Part shown: one piece after another, positions 26,570 through 35,301 of the stretch | How positions within the stretch are numbered: position 1 is the first letter of the stretch | How the letters are laid out: every line of letters starts with the position of its first letter | The notes under the pieces: generated by a model | What the model was told of the DNA's origin: nothing | Seen by the model: only the letters and a program-made list of their open reading frames with translations | Database searches by the model: none | Position numbers and translations under genes: made by a program | NCBI GenBank assembly: GCA_964646435.1 | Contig: CAZYEJ010000002.1 | Coordinates: forward strand, 14,897-78,896 | Direction: 5' to 3' | DNA from: an uncultured Thermodesulfobacteriaceae bacterium | GTDB lineage: Bacteria > Desulfobacterota > Dissulfuribacteria > Dissulfuribacterales > UBA3076 | DNA: 64,000 bases

Positions 26570-27796
26570 GTGAACTTAATTATGAGTCACGAAATATATA
26601 AACACAAAACAATCACCAAATCACCAAACCACCAAATCACCAGATTAGTGGTGGCTGGTGGTGGCACAGGCGGACACGTGTTCCCCGGAATTGCCGTAGT
26701 TGAGGCCATGGAGTCCCATGGCCGTATAGATGTTATGTGGATAGGCACAGGCCGCCCGGTGGAAAAAAATGCACTTTCAGGACGTAAATGGGATTACCGA
26801 ATTCTCAACACAAGGCCTCTCAGGGGCTCAGGCATTGCAGCAACCATGCGTTCTCTGGCTGGACTTCCTTTCTCCACGATCAGGGCTTGTTCGTGGCTTA
26901 AATCATTCAGGCCTCATGTGGTACTGGGTGTTGGGGGATATGTCTCCGGACCTGCACTTCTTGCAGCGCGAATGTTGCGGATACCTGCCGCCCTCCATGA
27001 GCAGAACCTTATCCCAGGGCTCACAAATCGTTTGGCCTCCAGATTCGCAAAGACAGTGTTTGTGAGTTTTAAAGAAACTGCTAAATACTTTCCCAAAAAC
27101 AGGGTAATTTTTACTGGAAATCCCATACGGAAAAATATTATTCAATCACTCAATCACCAAATCACCAAATCACCAAATCACTCAATCACCAAATCATTCA
27201 ATCTTCTGGTCCTGGGAGGCAGTCAGGGTGCCAGATGCCTGAACAGGCTTGCCGGTTCGGCCATACAGGTTTTGTGGCAATCCGGTTTTCATTTGAAAAT
27301 TATTCACCAAACAGGCAAGCTGGATGAGTCACATGTTGAGAAATTTTATAAGGATGCAAGCATTCCGGCCAAAGTGACCCCATTTATCTCTAACATTGGT
27401 GAATCCTATTCCTGGGCAGACTTGGTTATCTGCCGGGCCGGAGCAGGTACTCTGTCTGAGCTCACAACCTTGGGGAAACCATCGATCCTCATTCCCTATC
27501 CCTGGGCAACGGACAGCCATCAGGATGCCAACGCCAGAGAATTGACTGAAGCCGGGGCTGCCAAATACTTCCTGGAAGAAGAAATCGGTGCTATAAAACT
27601 GGCGGGAGAGATACAGTCTTTGCTGGAGGATCCCCAGCAACTCATCAATATGGGAAAAAATGCTCAAAAACTTGGAAAACCCACGGCAGCTACAGAGATA
27701 GCCTCTACACTGATAGAGATAGCCGGACATACTTTTCCATATTCTGAAACAGAAACTAATTCATTGAAAGGTTCTACAGTACGTAACCATGTATAA
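26570..27796 (+). CDS. murG: Undecaprenyldiphospho-muramoylpentapeptide beta-N-acetylglucosaminyltransferase
   Basis: 408 aa with 'GGGTGGHVFPGIAV', 'VLGGSQGA' and 'RAGAGTLSELT'. The exact start is uncertain (26570 GTG or 26582 ATG). Confidence 0.9.
   Translation: MNLIMSHEIYKHKTITKSPNHQITRLVVAGGGTGGHVFPGIAVVEAMESHGRIDVMWIGTGRPVEKNALSGRKWDYRILNTRPLRGSGIAATMRSLAGLPFSTIRACSWLKSFRPHVVLGVGGYVSGPALLAARMLRIPAALHEQNLIPGLTNRLASRFAKTVFVSFKETAKYFPKNRVIFTGNPIRKNIIQSLNHQITKSPNHSITKSFNLLVLGGSQGARCLNRLAGSAIQVLWQSGFHLKIIHQTGKLDESHVEKFYKDASIPAKVTPFISNIGESYSWADLVICRAGAGTLSELTTLGKPSILIPYPWATDSHQDANARELTEAGAAKYFLEEEIGAIKLAGEIQSLLEDPQQLINMGKNAQKLGKPTAATEIASTLIEIAGHTFPYSETETNSLKGSTVRNHV
26609..26643 (+). repeat. 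Tandem octamer array (AAATCACC x about 4) in the murG 5' coding region
   Basis: 'caatcacc aaatcacc aaaccacc aaatcacc ag' translates to 'ITKSPNHQIT', immediately before the GGGTGGH motif. Confidence 0.85.
27142..27210 (+). repeat. Tandem octamer array ([AC]AATCAC[CT] x about 8) in the murG interdomain linker
   Basis: 'caatcact caatcacc aaatcacc aaatcacc aaatcact caatcacc aaatcatt caatctt' translates to 'QSLNHQITKSPNHSITKSFN', between 'GNPIRKN' and 'LLVLGGSQGA'. Confidence 0.85.
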
Positions 27797-29183
27797 AAAA
27801 CAACATATGCATTTTATAGGAATCGGCGGAATAGGCATGAGCGGCCTTGCAAAGGTCCTTCTCAATCTTGGATATAGAGTCACGGGTTCTGATTTGCGTG
27901 AGACTGAAATCACCAGGTCTCTAAAAAAACTGGGAGGCACAATTTACAGGGGTCACGCCCCTGAAAATATTCAGGGTGCCGACGTGGTGGTGATTTCCTC
28001 TGCTGTTAGAGAAAACAACCCTGAGGTTCAGGAGGCTTATTCTGCCCAAATTCCGGTCATACCAAGGGCTGAAATGCTTGCGGAATTAATGCGGTTTAAG
28101 AAGTTCGGCATAGCAGTGGCCGGGGCACATGGAAAGACCAGCACGACTTCTATGATCTCTTCTGTACTTCGCACCGGTGGCCTTGATCCAACGGTTATCA
28201 TAGGCGGGAAGGTGAATGGCCTGGGAAGCAATGCCTGCTGGGGACAGGGAGAATTCCTGATAGCAGAAGCCGATGAGAGTGACGGAAGTTTTCTGCGCCT
28301 TACACTAAGCATAGCTGTAATAACCAATATAGACAGGGAACACCTGGACTATTATCCGGACCTGAATGCCATAATCCGGTGTTTTCTGGACTTCATAAAC
28401 AAAGTCCCTTTCTATGGTCTTGCCATACTCTGTGGAGATGACCCCCACCTCAGAGAAATGCTCCCGGCAGTAAAAAAACGAGTAATGACATATGGGACAG
28501 GACCTGAGTCTGATCTGCAGGCCAGAGATATTACCTTTGAAGGTCTGGGAGTATCCTTCAGGGCCTGGTGGAAAAACTCCGAACTTGGCGAGATACAACT
28601 CAAGGTCCCCGGGCTGCACCATGTAAGAAATTCCCTGGCTGCAATGGCCCTGGGGCTTGAACTTGAGATACCCTTTCACAAAATTCAGACCGGTCTTATA
28701 TCATATGAAGGTGTAAGCAGACGATTTGAAATACTGGGTGAAACAGAGGGAATAACAGTAGTAGATGACTATGCCCACCACCCTACTGAGATACGGGCCA
28801 CCCTATCAGCGGCCAGGGCATGTTGGCCTGAACGCCGGCTGGTGATTCTTTTTGAACCCCACCGGTACAGCAGAACCCAGATATTAATGGACGATTTCAC
28901 CACGGCCTTCGGGGAAGCTGATGAATTATGGCTGACGGAAATCTATTCAGCCAGTGAAACTCCCATAGTCGGAGTCAGCGGAAAACGTCTGGCAAGAAAC
29001 ATTAGGGATAAACGTGGTGGACCAGTGCACTATGTAGAATCCTGCGGGGACCTTCCTCTGGCGATTGTACCAAGCCTGCGGGAGGGTGACGTGGTCATGA
29101 CTCTTGGGGCCGGTGCCATAGGGCGTATAGGACCAAAAATTCTGGACATGCTTAAGACAAAGGAGTCAGCGCTTGCTCTCTAA
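27789..29183 (+). CDS. murC: UDP-N-acetylmuramate--L-alanine ligase
   Basis: 464 aa with 'FIGIGGIGMSGLA' and 'AGAHGKTSTTSM'. Confidence 0.95.
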   Translation: MYKKQHMHFIGIGGIGMSGLAKVLLNLGYRVTGSDLRETEITRSLKKLGGTIYRGHAPENIQGADVVVISSAVRENNPEVQEAYSAQIPVIPRAEMLAELMRFKKFGIAVAGAHGKTSTTSMISSVLRTGGLDPTVIIGGKVNGLGSNACWGQGEFLIAEADESDGSFLRLTLSIAVITNIDREHLDYYPDLNAIIRCFLDFINKVPFYGLAILCGDDPHLREMLPAVKKRVMTYGTGPESDLQARDITFEGLGVSFRAWWKNSELGEIQLKVPGLHHVRNSLAAMALGLELEIPFHKIQTGLISYEGVSRRFEILGETEGITVVDDYAHHPTEIRATLSAARACWPERRLVILFEPHRYSRTQILMDDFTTAFGEADELWLTEIYSASETPIVGVSGKRLARNIRDKRGGPVHYVESCGDLPLAIVPSLREGDVVMTLGAGAIGRIGPKILDMLKTKESALAL

Positions 29184-30075
29184 GGATCTGGAAAGGATAG
29201 GAGATCTCCAGGTGCGCAAGAATGTTCCGCTTTTACCGCTAACAAGCTTTCGTATAGGCGGGCCTGCGCATCTATTCCTGGTTCCAAGGACCTTGAAGGC
29301 CCTTGAACAGACCATTTGTTATCTCAGTAATCGTTCCATATCCTATAAAGTGCTGGGCCGGGGAAGCAACCTGTTGATCAACGATAAAGGCGTGAAGATA
29401 GTCATGACCCTGACAGCCCTGAATCGCATCCACTGCCCTCCCGACCATCCCTTTAAAACAGTGTCTGTAGAGGCGGGATGCAGGCTGAACTCCCTTATTT
29501 CCTGGTCCATACGATACGGCCTGTGTGGTCTTGAGAATCTTTCGGGCATTCCGGCCAGTATAGGTGGGGCCATATCCATGAACGCCGGCACTAACAAGTG
29601 CTCCATGGCAGAAGCGATAGATGCAGTACAATTTACAGGCCCGAACGGGAGTTGCTGGTTTCGGAGAGATCAATTGCAATTTGATTACAGGTCTTTCAGA
29701 CTGCCAGACAAGGCCCTTATCTCCGCCGCAAGAATTCAACTTGGCAAAAGTAGCCCTGATCAGATCAGATGCAATGTCAGAAACGTGATGTACAAACGGA
29801 GGACCACCCAGCCTATAGGAAAACCAAGCGTAGGGTGCATTTTTAGAAATCCACAGGGAGATTCAGCAGGAAAACTCATAGACCAATGTGGACTCAAAGG
29901 TCTTAGAATCGGGGATGCCGAGGTATCCAAAAAGCATGCGAATTTTATTGTAAACCGTGGAAAAGCCAGTGCCATACAGGTAATGGACTTGCTGGAAATC
30001 ATTAGAGGGCGTGTAAAAAAAGAGGCTGATGTAGAACTTGTCCCGGAAGTATCCATTTGGGGTATGGAAACATGA
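29173..30075 (+). CDS. murB: UDP-N-acetylenolpyruvoylglucosamine reductase
   Basis: 300 aa with 'FRIGGPA', 'LGRGSNLLI' and 'SVGCIFRNP'. Confidence 0.9.
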   Translation: MLSKDLERIGDLQVRKNVPLLPLTSFRIGGPAHLFLVPRTLKALEQTICYLSNRSISYKVLGRGSNLLINDKGVKIVMTLTALNRIHCPPDHPFKTVSVEAGCRLNSLISWSIRYGLCGLENLSGIPASIGGAISMNAGTNKCSMAEAIDAVQFTGPNGSCWFRRDQLQFDYRSFRLPDKALISAARIQLGKSSPDQIRCNVRNVMYKRRTTQPIGKPSVGCIFRNPQGDSAGKLIDQCGLKGLRIGDAEVSKKHANFIVNRGKASAIQVMDLLEIIRGRVKKEADVELVPEVSIWGMET

Positions 30076-30917
30076 AAGTCAGAAGGCCGTCTTCAGAATT
30101 TAGGTCTTCAGTACGTAGCTCCGGCTCGCGGAATAAGTCTGCTAAACCGATGTTTTCAGTATCGTGGCTTATCAATTCTAAAATATTGGTTGGCATAGCC
30201 GTAACGTGCATTGTGCTTGTAGGATTTTTTATGTGTCGGCATTGGGCATGTCAATCTGATCTTTTCAGGGTTTGTCAGGTTCTGGTGAAAGGCTGCGATC
30301 GCGTCACGGAAGAGGAGGTTTTGCAACTGAGCAATGTGACCGCCCAGGACAATCTTTTATCTCTCGATCTGAAATCAATTGCAGCGTCCATAGAGGCGCA
30401 TCCCTGGGTCCATACGGTTAAAGTTAAAAAAAAATTGCCGGATCATCTAATGATTACGATCAAAGAACGTACTCCGGTAGCCCTGTTGAATTCTGACAAA
30501 ATGTATTTGATTGATAAACAAGGTAAAATTATCGATGAACTTTCAACAAAAGACCCAGTCTCTCTTCCCATCATTACCGGGTTTGATCCTAAAAACATAA
30601 AAAATAATCAAATCACCAAATCACCAAATCACCAAATCCAAAAAGTCCTGGAATTAATATCCATGGCAAGCAAAGGCACAAGAACTCTGGGTGTAAACAA
30701 TATTAGCCAAATAGACGCAGCTAAAAAAGATACACTAATACTCTATACATCTGACAGCGGTATTCCTTTTTACTTTGATACTAAAAATCTCAGCACCCAG
30801 TTCAGTGAGGCGGAAAAAATCCTGTATCAACTCTATCGCTCAGGAACATATAAAAAAGTTGCTAAGGTTGATTTGGATTACGGCCCCGGCCAGGCCCTGG
30901 TCAGTCTGAAACATTAG
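30057..30917 (+). CDS. ftsQ: Cell division protein FtsQ (POTRA-containing)
   Basis: 286 aa with a basic N-terminus, one TM, a POTRA-like 'VCQVLVKGCDRVTEEEVL..' and 'HPWVHTVKVKKKLPDHLMITIKER'. It sits in the dcw position. Confidence 0.8.
   Translation: MGYGNMKVRRPSSEFRSSVRSSGSRNKSAKPMFSVSWLINSKILVGIAVTCIVLVGFFMCRHWACQSDLFRVCQVLVKGCDRVTEEEVLQLSNVTAQDNLLSLDLKSIAASIEAHPWVHTVKVKKKLPDHLMITIKERTPVALLNSDKMYLIDKQGKIIDELSTKDPVSLPIITGFDPKNIKNNQITKSPNHQIQKVLELISMASKGTRTLGVNNISQIDAAKKDTLILYTSDSGIPFYFDTKNLSTQFSEAEKILYQLYRSGTYKKVAKVDLDYGPGQALVSLKH
30604..30640 (+). repeat. Tandem octamer array (AAATCACC x about 4) inside ftsQ
   Basis: 'ataatc aaatcacc aaatcacc aaatcacc aaatcca' translates to 'NNQITKSPNHQIQ'. 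Confidence 0.85.
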
Positions 30918-30925
30918 GAGAGGAA

Positions 30926-32149
30926 ATGGCGGAGAGACCCGGTAACATGATTGTCGGCCTAGACATCGGCACTACTAAAATATGTGCAGTTGTGGGTGAG
31001 CTCAACGAAAAGGGTGCTGAGATTATAGGCGTGGGGACTTATCCTTCTATAGGTCTTCGCAAGGGAGTGGTTGTCAATATAGATAGCACGGTCGATTCTA
31101 TACAGAGGTCTATGGAAGAGGCCGAACTCATGGCCGGGCGTGAAATCGGCTCAGTGTTCATTGGTATTGCCGGTAGCCATATAAAGGGCTTCAACAGCCA
31201 GGGGGTGATAGCTGTAAAGGGCCAGGAGATCTCACAGGAGGACGTTGACAGAGTCATAGATGCGGCAAGGGCAGTAGCCATACCCCTTGATAGGGAGGTC
31301 ATACATATTCTGCCACAAGAGTACATTGTAGATGAGCAGGGAGGAATCCTGGACCCTGTCGGGATAACCGGGGTAAGGCTGGAAGCCAAGGTACATATAG
31401 TAACAGGAGCGGTTACGGCTGCCCAGAACCTTATCAAGTGCGCAAACCGGGCAGGGCTTGACGTAGTGGACATAGTTTTTCAGCCCATTGCCTCAGCCGA
31501 AGCTGTCTTAGCCCAGGAAGAAAAGGACCTGGGGGTGGCCCTTGTGGACTTTGGGGGTGGCACTACGGATCTTGCTCTGTTTACTGATAGTGCCATCAAA
31601 CACACGGCTGTGCTGGGACTTGGCGGCAACAACCTCACTAATGATATAGCAGTCGGGTTAAGGACACCCAGTAAAGAGGCTGAACAAATAAAGATAGACC
31701 ACGGCAGCTGTCTCAACTCTTTGGTAGACAAAGATCAGATGATAGAAGTCCCCAGTGTGGGAGGGCGCAAACCCAGACTTTTGTCTAGGCATATCCTGTC
31801 TGAAATACTTGAGCCCAGAGTGGAGGAAATCTTTACCTTGGTTGACCAGGAAATAGAACGGACAGGATTTAAAGAACTGCTGGCTTCAGGGATGGTTATA
31901 ACCGGAGGCTCTGCCCTCCTGCCCGGAATCGCCGAAATTGCGGATCAGGTATTCCAGTTGCCGACAAGAATCGGCTATCCACAGCGGATTTTCGGCCTGG
32001 TGGACGTGGTCAACGGACCCATGTTCGCCACTGCTGTGGGCCTTGTGCTCTATGGCATGGAACATCAGCCCAAACAGAAATTCCGGATAAGAGACGGGAA
32101 TATATTCAACAGGGTAACCCTTCGTATGAAGTCATGGTTTAAGATTTAA
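30926..32149 (+). CDS. ftsA: Cell division protein FtsA
   Basis: 407 aa, actin-like, with 'VGLDIGTTKICAVVGE' and 'DFGGGTTDLALF'. Confidence 0.95.
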   Translation: MAERPGNMIVGLDIGTTKICAVVGELNEKGAEIIGVGTYPSIGLRKGVVVNIDSTVDSIQRSMEEAELMAGREIGSVFIGIAGSHIKGFNSQGVIAVKGQEISQEDVDRVIDAARAVAIPLDREVIHILPQEYIVDEQGGILDPVGITGVRLEAKVHIVTGAVTAAQNLIKCANRAGLDVVDIVFQPIASAEAVLAQEEKDLGVALVDFGGGTTDLALFTDSAIKHTAVLGLGGNNLTNDIAVGLRTPSKEAEQIKIDHGSCLNSLVDKDQMIEVPSVGGRKPRLLSRHILSEILEPRVEEIFTLVDQEIERTGFKELLASGMVITGGSALLPGIAEIADQVFQLPTRIGYPQRIFGLVDVVNGPMFATAVGLVLYGMEHQPKQKFRIRDGNIFNRVTLRMKSWFKI

Positions 32150-32208
32150 GGTAAACGGTTACAATGTGAACGGTTACAGACTTAAAAACCAGTTGGAGGA
32201 TTAAGCAT

Positions 32209-33396
32209 ATGTCTTTTGAGTTTATAGAACCAAAACTCACTGCAAAGATAAAGGCAATAGGAATCGGAGGTGGAGGCGGAAACGCTATTAACAATATGAT
32301 AGCCTCCGAACTCAAGGGTGTGGAATTCATAGCTGCAAACACGGATTCCCAGGCCCTTGAAGTGTCCAGGGCCAGCACAAAAATTCAACTAGGCAGAGGG
32401 CTTACTAAGGGACTCGGAGCAGGAGCAAAACCTGAAATTGGCAGGGAAGCCGCGGAAGAGAGCATAGACGATATCCGGGCAATGCTGGAAGGAAGCGATA
32501 TGGTCTTCATTACTGCCGGAATGGGTGGAGGTACCGGCACCGGAGGGGCCCCTGTTATTGCAGAAATTAGTAAGGAAATGGGTGCTCTTACAGTAGCAGT
32601 AGTGACAAAACCATTTTCCTTTGAAGGAAAACGCAGGATTCGCATTGCTAAAGAGGGAATAGAAGAATTAAAAGATGTTGTAGATACTATAATAACCATT
32701 CCGAACGACCGGCTCAGAAGCCTTGCCCAACCCAACACTCCGATACTGGAGATGTTCCGAAAGGCAGATGAGGTCCTTTACTATGCAGTAAGAGGTATCT
32801 CAGACCTCATAGTCCTGAGAGGATATATAAACGTAGACTTCGCAGATGTTCGCACTGTTACGGCTGAAATGGGGATGGCCCTCATGGGTACAGGTGTTGC
32901 CAAAGGGTCACGCAGGGCCTTGGAGGCAGTACAGATGGCCATAGCCAATCCCTTGCTTGAAGATATCTCCATAAGCGGTGCCAGGGGCATCCTGATGAAT
33001 ATTACCGCAAGCAGTTCTACTCTGAGCATGGAGGAGGTCGAACAGTCATCTTCCCTGATTCATAATGAGGCCCATGAAGACGCCAATATCATCCTGGGTA
33101 CTGTATTTGATGACGATATAGATGAAGAGATAAGGGTGACAGTCATAGCCACGGGTATAGGGCCTGATGCCCATTCCTTTGGGAAACACATTGTTACACC
33201 AATAGAATCTATCAAGAAAAAGAATAAGACTATAAAGCTGGAACATGGTGCGACAGCCCACATCCAAAAGGATCCTGTCGGGATATCCGGCTACATAAAG
33301 AATCCGGGGAAACAAATATTAGACTTTGACGGTCTTGATAAAGTGGACACCGATGAATTGGATATTCCTGCTTTTATCAGACGAAAAGCGGATTAA
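32209..33396 (+). CDS. ftsZ: Cell division protein FtsZ
   Basis: 395 aa with 'IGIGGGGGNAINNM', 'GGGTGTGGAPVIAE' and the C-terminal 'DIPAFIRRKA' peptide. Confidence 0.97.
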   Translation: MSFEFIEPKLTAKIKAIGIGGGGGNAINNMIASELKGVEFIAANTDSQALEVSRASTKIQLGRGLTKGLGAGAKPEIGREAAEESIDDIRAMLEGSDMVFITAGMGGGTGTGGAPVIAEISKEMGALTVAVVTKPFSFEGKRRIRIAKEGIEELKDVVDTIITIPNDRLRSLAQPNTPILEMFRKADEVLYYAVRGISDLIVLRGYINVDFADVRTVTAEMGMALMGTGVAKGSRRALEAVQMAIANPLLEDISISGARGILMNITASSSTLSMEEVEQSSSLIHNEAHEDANIILGTVFDDDIDEEIRVTVIATGIGPDAHSFGKHIVTPIESIKKKNKTIKLEHGATAHIQKDPVGISGYIKNPGKQILDFDGLDKVDTDELDIPAFIRRKAD

Positions 33397-34319
33397 GGAA
33401 TCTTTTTTCCAGGAATATTCACCTTGATATTTTGTGGTGTGATCTTCATTAATGTGAATCCTCCAGGGACAATGCATTCAGGCTCAATCGAATGAATGCC
33501 GGGCTCAAGCCCATTCACTGAAATCCCAACATATATATCTGTGGCCTTGATTTCTCTGAGATCCAGTATGGGCCCTCGTAAAGTCACGCTCACTATTCTG
33601 GGCCACCATAAAATATCGGATTTGGTAGTTTCAATCTGTACCGGTATATGAATAATGCGCCTTGTCCCTTGGGCAGGAACTATATATACAGTGACTTTAT
33701 ATGTCCCCTTTTTTTCAGATGATACATGGAGTCCCTGAAGATCCAGACCTACTTCCCTGGTAATATTATCCATAGCCCCGTCAAGGTCCACTGGGAATGT
33801 CCTTACGTCCTTCATAGCCCTTATTACACTTTCAGGCCCTGAAATAACTACTCTCGGAGGATATACTTCCGTGTTTAAGACCTTGTGATATTTGGCAACC
33901 ACGCCTTTTAGAACAGGCTTTACCGGGAAATCACTTAACACGAGAGGTTCCAACACTATTTCAACGTTGCTAGGCTGTATCCTAAGTGCTCTGATTGCCC
34001 CAGGCAAAGAAAGGCTATCAGGTGATAAATGAACAGTGATTTTGCCTGGTGTTGCGTCTTTAAGATCAATTACCCTAAAAACACCCTTAGTAGCCATGGC
34101 GCGAATCATGCTTCGGGGGCCATAGACTTTAACATCAATATTAGAAGGAATATCGTTGGCTATTACCAGATCCGCGGGTATATTTACCAGTTCAAGTGGA
34201 AGGGAAACGCTTACCTCGGTCTTTTCTTGTCCAACCACAAAGTACCAAAGCAGCAAAGCAAATCCCAATGAGAGTGACTTGACAACCCAATCTTTTCGAA
34301 TAGAACCTTGCCGGTGCAC
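33393..34319 (-). CDS. cdaR: YbbR-domain protein (CdaR-like regulator of CdaA)
   Basis: 308 aa with an N-terminal TM and repeated beta-rich YbbR-like modules. It lies immediately downstream of cdaA. Confidence 0.7.
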   Translation of the reverse strand: MHRQGSIRKDWVVKSLSLGFALLLWYFVVGQEKTEVSVSLPLELVNIPADLVIANDIPSNIDVKVYGPRSMIRAMATKGVFRVIDLKDATPGKITVHLSPDSLSLPGAIRALRIQPSNVEIVLEPLVLSDFPVKPVLKGVVAKYHKVLNTEVYPPRVVISGPESVIRAMKDVRTFPVDLDGAMDNITREVGLDLQGLHVSSEKKGTYKVTVYIVPAQGTRRIIHIPVQIETTKSDILWWPRIVSVTLRGPILDLREIKATDIYVGISVNGLEPGIHSIEPECIVPGGFTLMKITPQNIKVNIPGKKIP

Positions 34320-34322
34320 AGG

Positions 34323-35120
34323 TTAAACTATCCTCCTTCGCCACCATGGTTTTTCAGTCTCTTCAGGCACAAAGGCGTTCTGCAGGATACGCCTGAGCGT
34401 GCCGGGATCTATATCTCTGGTAATTTTTCCGGCAATGGCCACGGAGAGACTGCCGGTCTCCTCAGAAACGACTATTACTACGGCATCGGTCTGTTCTGTT
34501 ATACCTATAGCTGCCCTGTGTCTGGTGCCCAGGCGTTTGCTGATGCTTGGGTTCATGCTCAACGGCAGCACGCATCCAGCCACTGAAAGCCTACCCTTTC
34601 GAATAATCACTGCACCGTCATGTAACCGAGATCCCTTATCAAATATTGTACAGAGCAAAGCACGAGTTACTTGCCCGTCAATTGTCACTCCTGACTCAAG
34701 GTGGTCCTTTAAGCCCACATCCCTCTCAAGTACTATCAAGGCGCCTGTATGGCTCTTTGCTAAGCTAGTGACTGCCTTTGCAATTTCCTCAAGGGCCTGG
34801 AAGGTCTTTACCCGAATCTTCGGAAAAGGGGTCTGACCCATCTGAGCCAGCGCTCTGCGAATATCGTCCTGAAATACTATTATGATGAGTAAAAACAAAG
34901 AGCTAAGGATGGTCCCCAGAAGCCAGTGAAGAGTGAAGAGTTTCAACTCCCCGGCTACAAAATAAATCACAATAATTAAAGCCAGCCCTGCTGCCATCTG
35001 TACAGCACGGGTTCCCCGGATAAGAAGGACAACATGGTATATGATGTAGGAAACCACCAAGACGTCCACTACATCCTGCCACCGAATTATTGGTATATAT
35101 TGAATAAGGCTCTCAAACAT
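34323..35120 (-). CDS. cdaA: Diadenylate cyclase CdaA
   Basis: 265 aa with three N-terminal TMs and DAC-domain motifs 'HDGAVIIRKGRL' and 'GTRHRAAIGITE'. Confidence 0.9.
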   Translation of the reverse strand: MFESLIQYIPIIRWQDVVDVLVVSYIIYHVVLLIRGTRAVQMAAGLALIIVIYFVAGELKLFTLHWLLGTILSSLFLLIIIVFQDDIRRALAQMGQTPFPKIRVKTFQALEEIAKAVTSLAKSHTGALIVLERDVGLKDHLESGVTIDGQVTRALLCTIFDKGSRLHDGAVIIRKGRLSVAGCVLPLSMNPSISKRLGTRHRAAIGITEQTDAVVIVVSEETGSLSVAIAGKITRDIDPGTLRRILQNAFVPEETEKPWWRRRIV

Positions 35121-35135
35121 TCAACATTTTTTCAT

Positions 35136-35297
35136 GTAACAGTTCATGGGGTTACAACGCCCGTTTTACTGCAAGCCACCGAATTGTAAGCGTTTACAGG
35201 GTGCTGCAGATGCGAGGCGGAGAGTACGCAGACGTACTTCCTGTACTTCAAGTGCCCGACAACAAAGCAGATGCAATGCCCTGTAAACGCTTACTAT
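35136..35297 (+). repeat. Repeat family C copy 1 (about 160 bp, with a 16-bp terminal stem)
   Basis: It aligns to 41718-41880. 'gtaagcgtttacaggg' (35186-35201) pairs with 'ccctgtaaacgcttac' (35279-35294). There is an inner hairpin, 'agtacg-caga-cgtact'. Confidence 0.8.
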
Positions 35298-35301
35298 TTC
35301 A

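Noticed and set aside
30421-30435. A9 homopolymer in ftsQ, considered as a slippage or phase-variation site
   Set aside because: It encodes an ordinary Lys run ('VKVKKKLPD') in an essential gene, with nothing to suggest switching.
22443-30640. Tandem repeat arrays considered as a possible CRISPR array
   Set aside because: The units are 7-8 nt with no unique spacers, and there are no cas genes. They are microsatellite-like arrays, not CRISPR.
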